From contig DASXGW010000013.1 in assembly GCA_036488875.1 (NCBI GenBank), positions 105,281 through 169,280 on the forward strand: a stretch of 64,000 nt of DNA, read 5' to 3'. Shown here piece by piece: positions 46,160-52,688 of the stretch. The notes beneath the pieces are model-generated. The model had not been told where the DNA came from, made no database searches, and saw only the letters and a program-made list of their open reading frames with translations. Numbering within the stretch: the stretch's first letter is position 1; every line of letters starts with the position of its first letter. Made by a program: the position numbers and the translations under genes. The DNA comes from Vulcanimicrobiaceae bacterium (GTDB lineage: Bacteria > Vulcanimicrobiota > Vulcanimicrobiia > Vulcanimicrobiales > Vulcanimicrobiaceae).

Positions 46160-47731
46160 TTAACGCCGTTTGGCAGACTTTTTCTTTGTCGCCGACCCTT
46201 TGCTCGATGGCTTCGTGACTTTTTTGACTTGCTTCTTAACCGCTGGTTTGGCGGCAAGTTTCTTGCTTTTCGCCGCGGATTTCACCGCAGTCTTTTTGGC
46301 GAGCGCCTTTTTTACCGCGGGCTTACGTGCGGGCGGCTTGGTCGCCGGCTTGCTCTTGGCGTTCTTGGAACGCGGCGCGGGCGCCGCCGCCTTCTTAGCG
46401 GCGGGCTTGACCGGTTTTGGCGGCTTTGCCGGCTTGACGGGTTTGGCGATCTTGGCGGCGGCCGGTTTGGGAGCGGCAGTTTTCTTGGAGGGCGGCGGCG
46501 CCTTCGCGGGAGCCGCTTTTGCGGGAACGCGGGCCGCTTTGGCCTTGCTGGATTGCGTCGAGGAATCCGGCGTGCGGCGCGACGTGCTCGGTGAACGCGT
46601 TGCGTCGGCTGCCCGCTTCTTCGGCCCCGCCTCGCGGGGCGAACGCGGCCCTTCGCGCCGGCCGCCCGCGGTTTCGGCCTCTTCGGGGAGTCCGAGCTCG
46701 GCGCGGCTGTAGCCGGTGATGCTGCTGCCCGGCGTGGAGGTCTCGCGCGTCTTAGCTTGCGCTTCCAGGTGCTCGCGCGTCGCGCGCAGAGCCACGCGCG
46801 CCAGCCGGCCGCCGACCGGGAAAACGATTTCGTTGATCTTCGCCTCGTCCAAGAGTCGCAGAATCGCGTCGAAGCCGTGGCCTTGATCCTTGGGACTGTG
46901 CGCGTCGGAGCCGATCGCGATGCCGACGCCGCGATCCTTGGCCTTACGAATCAACCGGGCGTTGGCTTCGAGGAACTGTCTTTTCAGATCTTCGGAACTG
47001 TCGCGATACAAGAAACGCGTGTTGATCTCGACGGCCGTTCCGCGAGCGTGACAGATCTCCAAGAGCCGGTCTTCGTAGCCTTCGAGCGCTTTCTGCGCGG
47101 GCCAATGACCGAATACGGCCGGACCGTAGAAGTGTCCGGCAACGTTACCGGGCAGCTTCTCGAGGTCGTCGAAAAGCTTCGTGGTGTAGAGTTGCCAGAT
47201 GCGATCGGCTCCCACGACGTCGTAGAGATGCGCGAACTCGTCGTTATCGAAAGCCCACGACCAGTCGGCGCCCTTTTCGGGATGATCGATGTTGATGAAG
47301 TGTACCGAGCGAATGACGCCGTCGGGCCGCATCGCGTCGACGATGTTTTGCGCGTCGGGTCTTGCACGCGGATCGTTGTCGACCTCGGCGCCGATCGAGA
47401 ACCGCATCCCGCGGCGCAAGCCGTCCGACACGACCGACGCATGCGCGACGTCCACGCCGGCCGTTTCGGCCGCTCCGTAGAGGTCGCCGGCATGCGCGAG
47501 CTTGAGCGCGCGCCGCACGGTGTTGACCGCTCCCGGGTCTTCGAACGTCAGGTAGTTGATGTGGTCGGCCACCATCAAAAAGCGCGGCGACCCACGACGG
47601 CAGGCGTGGTAGAACCACAGAAAGAGCATGCGTGGCGTGTACGCAATCGGACGCTCCTCGGCAAACGGGCGATGCTCGCCCTTTGCGTGTCCGTGGACGT
47701 CCGGTATGGCGGCGATGCGAGGGTCGCTCAG
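46160..47731 (-). CDS. PHP-domain (HisJ-type) phosphoesterase fused to a C-terminal histone-H1-like Lys/Ala/Pro-rich tail
   Basis: PHP metal-ligand blocks IPDVHGH, VADHINY, RSVHF, VAGHFYG, VEINT and GSDAH. These are followed by a Ser/Thr/Pro/Arg linker and a 128-aa tail (46163..46546). DVHGH precedes the first ATG (47629). The only upstream in-frame start-like codon is CTG 47731, which overlaps the pcp-like stop (CTGA), so the start is uncertain. Confidence 0.75.
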   Translation of the reverse strand: MSDPRIAAIPDVHGHAKGEHRPFAEERPIAYTPRMLFLWFYHACRRGSPRFLMVADHINYLTFEDPGAVNTVRRALKLAHAGDLYGAAETAGVDVAHASVVSDGLRRGMRFSIGAEVDNDPRARPDAQNIVDAMRPDGVIRSVHFINIDHPEKGADWSWAFDNDEFAHLYDVVGADRIWQLYTTKLFDDLEKLPGNVAGHFYGPAVFGHWPAQKALEGYEDRLLEICHARGTAVEINTRFLYRDSSEDLKRQFLEANARLIRKAKDRGVGIAIGSDAHSPKDQGHGFDAILRLLDEAKINEIVFPVGGRLARVALRATREHLEAQAKTRETSTPGSSITGYSRAELGLPEEAETAGGRREGPRSPREAGPKKRAADATRSPSTSRRTPDSSTQSSKAKAARVPAKAAPAKAPPPSKKTAAPKPAAAKIAKPVKPAKPPKPVKPAAKKAAAPAPRSKNAKSKPATKPPARKPAVKKALAKKTAVKSAAKSKKLAAKPAVKKQVKKVTKPSSKGSATKKKSAKRR

Positions 47732-48444
47732 CGTTCTACTTCCTTTACTCCGCGAGGGATCCACATCTGCCGGCGTCCTTTGTCTTTCGGCGAAGGCTCC
47801 GGCGGCTCGGCGGCGCGCTGATCGACCCACGGTATCACGGTCTCGATCAGCACCTCCACCCCCTTCTTCATGAGCTCGTAGCTCATCGAGGGGTTGGATT
47901 CCGACCCTGCGGCGATTGCCTGGGCAGGGAGAAACGGAAAGTGCAGGAGCCCAGCGATGACCGGAGTCGCGGAACTTTCGGTGAGGCCGAGCAGCTCGTA
48001 GAGCATCTGGTTGCCTAGGAACGTTCCGGCCGAGTTTGAGACGTAACCGGGTACGCCATTGGCGTGCCACGCCTCGACGATGCGTTCGAACGGGAGGTTC
48101 GAAAGACGCGCGTCGGCACCGCCTCGCGCGACGACGTCGCCCTTGCGCATAACGCCGACGTTATCGGGATGCTCGAAGTCGAGAACGTTGACCGCGACGC
48201 GCTCGAGCGCCATTGCGGTGCGTCCGCCGAACTGTCCCGTCGCGATGACGATGTCGGGATCTTCCTCGAGGAGCGTCTGCTCCATGCGCTCGCGCATCGT
48301 GCGTGTTTCGGCCGGTAAGATGCGGACGGAAAGAGGGCGGCCGGAAATCAGCCGCCCCTCCAAACTACGGGCAACCAGCTCGCTGGGATTGATTTTGTCG
48401 CCACCGTACGGCTCAAAACCGGTGATAAGGACGCGTTTAGGCAC
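47728..48444 (-). CDS. Pyroglutamyl-peptidase I (Pcp, C15) homolog lacking the catalytic cysteine
   Basis: Collinear with Bacillus Pcp as I recall it (VLITGFEPYGG, ALERVAVNV, SNSAGTFLGNQMLY, LLHFPF). Glu81 and His168 equivalents are present. Position 144 is Gly (GGC at 48015..48013) where Pcp has AGTFVCNH. Confidence 0.8.
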   Translation of the reverse strand: MPKRVLITGFEPYGGDKINPSELVARSLEGRLISGRPLSVRILPAETRTMRERMEQTLLEEDPDIVIATGQFGGRTAMALERVAVNVLDFEHPDNVGVMRKGDVVARGGADARLSNLPFERIVEAWHANGVPGYVSNSAGTFLGNQMLYELLGLTESSATPVIAGLLHFPFLPAQAIAAGSESNPSMSYELMKKGVEVLIETVIPWVDQRAAEPPEPSPKDKGRRQMWIPRGVKEVER

Positions 48445-48464
48445 CTTCGCTTAGGTTGGCGCCG

Positions 48465-49196
48465 TTATCCGCGATATCCCTCCATTTTGAGAAGCCGCGC
48501 CTTCATGTCGAGTCCGTAGAAGTAGTTGTGTAAGCCGCCCGACGAGTCCACCACGCGGTGACACGGAAAGAGCAGCGGCAACGGATTGCGCGCCATCACC
48601 CGCCCGACCGCCCGCGCGGCGCGGGGCTTGCCGATTTGCGTCGCGACCCAGCCGTACGATCGCACCTCGCCCGGGGGAATCGAAGCCGCAGCGCGCAGGG
48701 CCGCTTGTTCGAACGGGGTCAGGTCGCTGATGTCGACGACCTGATCGTCGAGTTTCCACGTTGCGAAGAATCGATCGAGCGTCGGCTGCAGCCACGACGG
48801 CGCTTCGCCGACGGTGACCGGACGGCGCAGCCGGGCTTCGATGCGCGAACGGACGTTTTCCAACGGCTCGCCCGTTTCGAAGCCGATATACGCAATCCGG
48901 TTCTCTTTGAACCCGACGTACAACCGTCCGATGGGCGTCGTTACCGATGACAGAACGACCGGAGATCGGTGTCTTCCTTTGAGCGTGAGAATGTGCTCGA
49001 CCACGCGTTTGGTGAGGTCGCATGAGGGCTCGGGCTGCGGGAGGCACGACAGGCAAAACGCGACGCCTTCGTATTGTTCGTAGAGTTCTTGACACGGAGG
49101 ACACGCTCGCAAGTGGCCGCTAACGGCTTCTCTGAGCGATTTGGTGCAGTCGCCACGAATCTCGTCCCATAACGACTCGACCTCACGACAGCGCAT
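48465..49196 (-). CDS. Anti-sigma factor: ZAS zinc-finger fused to a full O6-alkylguanine-DNA alkyltransferase (MGMT/Ogt) module
   Basis: ZAS signature H28-x3-C32-x2-C35 (GHLRACPPC). Ogt N-domain-like TPIGRLYVGFKENRIAYIGF. DNA-binding domain with NPLPLLFPC212HRVV. No transmembrane segment. The start lies 14 nt inside the end of the ECF sigma gene. Confidence 0.85.
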   Translation of the reverse strand: MRCREVESLWDEIRGDCTKSLREAVSGHLRACPPCQELYEQYEGVAFCLSCLPQPEPSCDLTKRVVEHILTLKGRHRSPVVLSSVTTPIGRLYVGFKENRIAYIGFETGEPLENVRSRIEARLRRPVTVGEAPSWLQPTLDRFFATWKLDDQVVDISDLTPFEQAALRAAASIPPGEVRSYGWVATQIGKPRAARAVGRVMARNPLPLLFPCHRVVDSSGGLHNYFYGLDMKARLLKMEGYRG

Positions 49197-49845
49197 GCAC
49201 GGAATCTCCTTCAGGGGTGAGTCGTCCGATCTGCGGACCCAAAATGCGTCGCAGAATTCGCACGGCGCGATGGACGTGAGACTTCACGGTGCCGATCGGC
49301 TGATGCAGAATCTCCGCAATTTCCGGGTGAGAGCGGCCTTCGATGAAACGTAACGTCGCGGCCGCGCGAAGATGGACGGGGAGCTGTAACAAAGCGCGCT
49401 CGACCAAAGCCACGTCGGCGTTCTGCTCGACGATGGTCTCCGGCTGCGGCGGTCCCTCGTTCGACTCGCGCAAGAGCGCGTCGGGATCGGCCAGTGCGTC
49501 GAGTGCGACGTTGGAAGGCCGTTTGCTGCGGAGCCGGTTGCGCGTGACGTTGAGCGTGATCGTGTAGAGCCATGGCTGGAGGCGGAGCTCCCCGCGTTGC
49601 TCGGGCGACATTTTTCCGAGCGCGCGATAGGCCCGCACGAAGGCATCTTGGACGATCTCCTCCGCGTCCTCGCGGTTACCGGTCATGCGCAGGGCGAAAC
49701 CATACAGCCGTCGCTGATAGTCGTCGACGATCCGCTCGAAGTTCTCGATTCCGGCAGCCGGCTGCGGCTGGCCGGCCGCAACCCTTCCGGAGGGAACCGC
49801 AGATGGCACGAACACTCCCTGTCGGAGCGGTGCGAGCACACTCAT
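49183..49845 (-). CDS. ECF-type RNA polymerase sigma-70 factor
   Basis: Region 2 (YGFALRMTGNREDAEEIVQDAFVRAY, PWLYTITLN) and region 4 (SHPEIAEILHQPIGTVKSHVHRA). Start uncertain: ATG 49845 is preferred, and the ORF-track TTG 49923 is possible. Confidence 0.85.
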   Translation of the reverse strand: MSVLAPLRQGVFVPSAVPSGRVAAGQPQPAAGIENFERIVDDYQRRLYGFALRMTGNREDAEEIVQDAFVRAYRALGKMSPEQRGELRLQPWLYTITLNVTRNRLRSKRPSNVALDALADPDALLRESNEGPPQPETIVEQNADVALVERALLQLPVHLRAAATLRFIEGRSHPEIAEILHQPIGTVKSHVHRAVRILRRILGPQIGRLTPEGDSVHALS

Positions 49846-50000
49846 TACGTGACTGGAGACCACCGCTGCCGCCTGGAAGGTTTCATACCCCCCGCAGGCC
49901 GCCTCCTTGCCTGTGGATAGCAAAAGGGGATTTTTTCGGGGCCTCCTAATGCCTCACCATGGCCCTCCTATTCCGGGCGATCCGGATCGACGTGAGAAAC

Positions 50001-50040
50001 AACCGCTTAATCGCACGACGATAAAGCGGTTTTTTGTTTC
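50001..50040 (+). terminator. Rho-independent-terminator-like hairpin in the 5' leader of gene 50059..50451
   Basis: AACCGCTT (50001..50008) pairs with AAGCGGTT (50024..50031) across a 15-nt loop and is followed by TTTTTGTTT. There is no plus-strand gene upstream to terminate. The hairpin ends about 15 nt before the GGGAG RBS. Confidence 0.45.
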
Positions 50041-50058
50041 CTTCAAAAGGGAGAACGA

Positions 50059-50451
50059 ATGCATCAAGCCATCGAACCGACGGAAATCGCGCTCGACGCG
50101 TACACGATGTGCAGCTTTTTACCCAACCTCGATTCGGCGCGCGCGATACCCTTGGTATTGATCGGTTACCGCCAAGGCGAGGATCCGTGGTTCGTTTGGC
50201 TCGTTCCAAAAGACGGAATCGATTCGACTGGTTTGACGGATGATCCGTATTACGCAAAAGTGCTGCGCGATCCGCACTCGTATTTTACGAGAAAGCTCAG
50301 CAAATATATCGAGGAGACGGGCTGCGTGAAGCGCGGAATTGAGATGCTGGTGGACTGCCACCAGAATCATCTCGCGTTCACCCCGCTTACCGAGCTGGGA
50401 GAAACGCCGTTCCGGCACCCGCTCCAGGTTGAGCTGGTAGGGGCGTTTTAA
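50059..50451 (+). CDS. Hypothetical protein (130 aa)
   Basis: ATG preceded by AAAAGGGAGAACGA. Ordinary protein-like composition. No motif recognised. Confidence 0.65.
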   Translation: MHQAIEPTEIALDAYTMCSFLPNLDSARAIPLVLIGYRQGEDPWFVWLVPKDGIDSTGLTDDPYYAKVLRDPHSYFTRKLSKYIEETGCVKRGIEMLVDCHQNHLAFTPLTELGETPFRHPLQVELVGAF

Positions 50452-51277
50452 GCAGCTCCCGCTCCCGCGCGCGAATGTAGCGCCGGTACGTGATTTGCAC
50501 GGGCACCGCTTGCGCGGACTCGCTGAGTTGCGCGTGAATGGTGAGCGTCGCGTCGAGTGCCAAGAGCAGCGCGTCGTCGAGCGCGTAGTAGGCGATTCCG
50601 TCCAAGCGCATCTTCCCCGACATCGTTGCGTGACCGCCGGGTAGACCGCCACTCATTGGCCCCGCCGCTTCGAATCGGACCGCCACCGCGGGACGCCCGG
50701 CGATCTCACCGCCGGTGCCGGGACGCAGGTAGCCGCGCAGAACGGCATCCCCTCCTAGGGGCGAGGTCGCGTTGAACGGCACGGACGCGTGCAAATGCAG
50801 AAGATCGCGCATCGTGGCGCGGTCGAGCTGCACCGCAAACGGCTGGTTGAGGATCGTGAGAAAGTCGGGATCCTCGTCCCAGCTGTCTTCGAAGGTTCCT
50901 CCGGGCCGAAGTTCTTGAATGAAACGGGCGGTGGCGTCGTGCTTTCCGCCGGCATCGCTGCGTACGTAGTGCGCCTGCGCTTCGAACCGCGCTCCCTTGC
51001 CTTGTTTCGCGACGATGAGCGTCTCGGTACCGTCGTACGTCACGCGCGACGTCGTCTGGGAGGCCCCGATCCGGTAGACGTCTTGCCCGCTGACGGTGTA
51101 CGGCTGATCCGCCGCAGCGACGGCGGTCGTCGCAACGATTGCCGCGATCAAAGCGAGGCTCAACGGTGCGCGTGAAATGTCCGAACCCCGTTTCTGGCAA
51201 GTGGCTGCTAGCAGTATACCCGGTTTATCGTAACACGCCCGCAGCGTCGCGGTAGACGACGACGGTAATAGCCGCAA
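50387..51277 (-). CDS. Hypothetical secreted protein (296 aa)
   Basis: Hydrophobic signal-like segment APLSLALIAAIVATTAVAAA followed by a beta-rich-looking sequence. The 3' end overlaps the convergent gene by 65 nt and the 5' end overlaps the upstream gene by 53 nt, so both termini are uncertain. Confidence 0.55.
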   Translation of the reverse strand: MRLLPSSSTATLRACYDKPGILLAATCQKRGSDISRAPLSLALIAAIVATTAVAAADQPYTVSGQDVYRIGASQTTSRVTYDGTETLIVAKQGKGARFEAQAHYVRSDAGGKHDATARFIQELRPGGTFEDSWDEDPDFLTILNQPFAVQLDRATMRDLLHLHASVPFNATSPLGGDAVLRGYLRPGTGGEIAGRPAVAVRFEAAGPMSGGLPGGHATMSGKMRLDGIAYYALDDALLLALDATLTIHAQLSESAQAVPVQITYRRYIRARERELLKTPLPAQPGAGAGTAFLPAR

Positions 51278-51815
51278 TCGGCGGCGCGAAGACCGTCGCG
51301 ATGGGTATCTCCGCCCAGAACTCCGCCTGCGGCACGTGAAAATGCACCAGCGCGAAATAGAGCGCGTTCTGCGCCACGAACTCGAGCAGCGACAGTGAGA
51401 CGATCGCCAGCGCCCGCACGAAGACGGTGCTATTCCAGGCCGTCACGACGCTGCGCACGAGGGAACGAGGGATCACCGTCAAGACGGAAACGTCGTCGTC
51501 GACAACGGCCGCGGTGTCGGCGAATACCGCGACGACGGAGAAGCCGAAAGCCGCAAGGCCCGCGAGCAGTTGGAGGGGATTGGCGGACGTGCTATAGATG
51601 AGAGCCGCGATCCATACGTAGCTGAGCAAGAAATCCAAGACGATGACGGCCCACGCTCGTTCGAGGAAGCGCTCCCAGACTAGACTCTCCGCTATCGGCG
51701 TTTCAGCGGCGTCGGTCGAGACGAACGCGTAGACGAGCGCGGCTACCAATGGTACGGCGATCGCGCCGCCGAGCTCGTCAGCGTGCGGTACGCGCCAGAC
51801 GAGTGCCAAGGCCAC
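51225..51815 (-). CDS. Hypothetical multi-pass membrane protein
   Basis: Several hydrophobic helices. The in-frame region upstream of GTG 51815 (KPFRPFLELTGLAFQLTFRRWQLYTTAVLVAFAAQ) looks like genuine N-terminal sequence but contains no ATG, GTG or TTG, so the N-terminus is unresolved. Confidence 0.6.
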   Translation of the reverse strand: MALALVWRVPHADELGGAIAVPLVAALVYAFVSTDAAETPIAESLVWERFLERAWAVIVLDFLLSYVWIAALIYSTSANPLQLLAGLAAFGFSVVAVFADTAAVVDDDVSVLTVIPRSLVRSVVTAWNSTVFVRALAIVSLSLLEFVAQNALYFALVHFHVPQAEFWAEIPIATVFAPPIAAITVVVYRDAAGVLR

Positions 51816-51918
51816 CTGTGCGGCGAACGCAACGAGGACCGCGGTCGTATAGAGCTGCCAACGGCGAAACGTCAGTTGGAAAGCCAGTCCCGTGAGTTCG
51901 AGAAACGGGCGGAAGGGT

Positions 51919-52227
51919 TTAACGCCGCACTCCGGCTCGCTGCGTCAGGAAGAAGCGGACGTCCGCAGAGCCTTCGCAGACGACGACTGCGTCCGCATCG
52001 ACGAAGCTGCGGCCATTGATGTCGACGATGAAATCGCCCCGAGCCAGGCCGGCGAGCGTCCTGTGGACGCTGCGCATGAACTTGTCGGACGGAGCGCGGG
52101 ATCCGATTGCTTCCCTAACGGCTAGCGCGAGCAGCTCGCGAACGCGCAACGGCGTTGCAAGCGCGAAGGCGGCCGATCCGTCGGCGGCGACGGCGTGGAG
52201 ATCCAACGGAACCCGAACGCGAATCAC
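51919..52227 (-). CDS. Hypothetical small protein (102 aa)
   Basis: Only the C-terminal ~100 codons of ORF 51919..52524 have protein-like composition; upstream is Arg-rich noise overlapping the divergent gene. GTG 52227 chosen. Confidence 0.4.
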   Translation of the reverse strand: MIRVRVPLDLHAVAADGSAAFALATPLRVRELLALAVREAIGSRAPSDKFMRSVHRTLAGLARGDFIVDINGRSFVDADAVVVCEGSADVRFFLTQRAGVRR

Positions 52228-52289
52228 GATGGAACATTTTCTGCTGCATCGAGGAGCTGCCTGCCTGCGGGGATAACGGTAATTAAATA

Positions 52290-52688
52290 ATGTCCCACTT
52301 TGGGAACGTGCCGGCCGACGTACTGGTCGGCACCGTAGAGAAGCTCGTCTCGAAAATGGATGAGGCGGAACTTGCCGCCGCTTTCTCGCACGAGCTGTCG
52401 ACGATGCCGCCCGAAGCCGCCGCTGCGTTCGTCGAAGCGATGTTCGACGCGTTTCGCGATCGCGGCGAGTCGTCCGAGGACGCAGCCGAAGGAGCGGGCA
52501 CGACGATCGCGAGCATTCAAGCACGCGACGGCGTTGCGACGCAGGCGTTCGTCGAGTACGCGCGTCAGAATCCGGGGTTGATGAAGGAGGCCACGATCGT
52601 CTTCGTGGAGCGCCATCCCGATCTGGCCGGCGCGCTGCCCGCGGTTTTGAGAAGCGCGATTGCCGAGCGGTTGACGAACGTCACGTGA
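52290..52688 (+). CDS. Hypothetical acidic protein (132 aa)
   Basis: ATG in an AT-rich context (TAATTAAATAATG). Helical, Ala/Glu-rich composition. 4-nt overlap with the next gene. Confidence 0.6.
   Translation: MSHFGNVPADVLVGTVEKLVSKMDEAELAAAFSHELSTMPPEAAAAFVEAMFDAFRDRGESSEDAAEGAGTTIASIQARDGVATQAFVEYARQNPGLMKEATIVFVERHPDLAGALPAVLRSAIAERLTNVT

Noticed and set aside
46163-46546. Repetitive GC-rich DNA (AAG/GCC/CCG-rich) that could be taken for a tandem-repeat or CRISPR-like array
   Set aside because: The repeats are irregular with no constant repeat/spacer periodicity. They lie in frame as the Lys/Ala/Pro tail of the PHP protein and end at a proper stop followed by the RBS of the next gene.
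49946-49960. Four-codon minus-strand mini-ORF (ATG GTG AGG CAT TAG) preceded by AGGAGG, as a possible leader peptide for the sigma operon
   Set aside because: The spacer between AGGAGG and ATG is only 3 nt, shorter than functional SD spacing. The peptide has no regulatory-codon logic. The AGGAGG is the reverse complement of the CCTCCT direct repeat already noted, so this is probably coincidental.
51915-51925. +1 frameshift or stop read-through fusing the small ORF (stop TAA 51921..51919) to the downstream membrane protein frame
   Set aside because: The CGT-TAA-A context does not allow P-site tRNA re-pairing in the +1 frame as in prfB. The two proteins have unrelated character. I kept only the unresolved-start observation.
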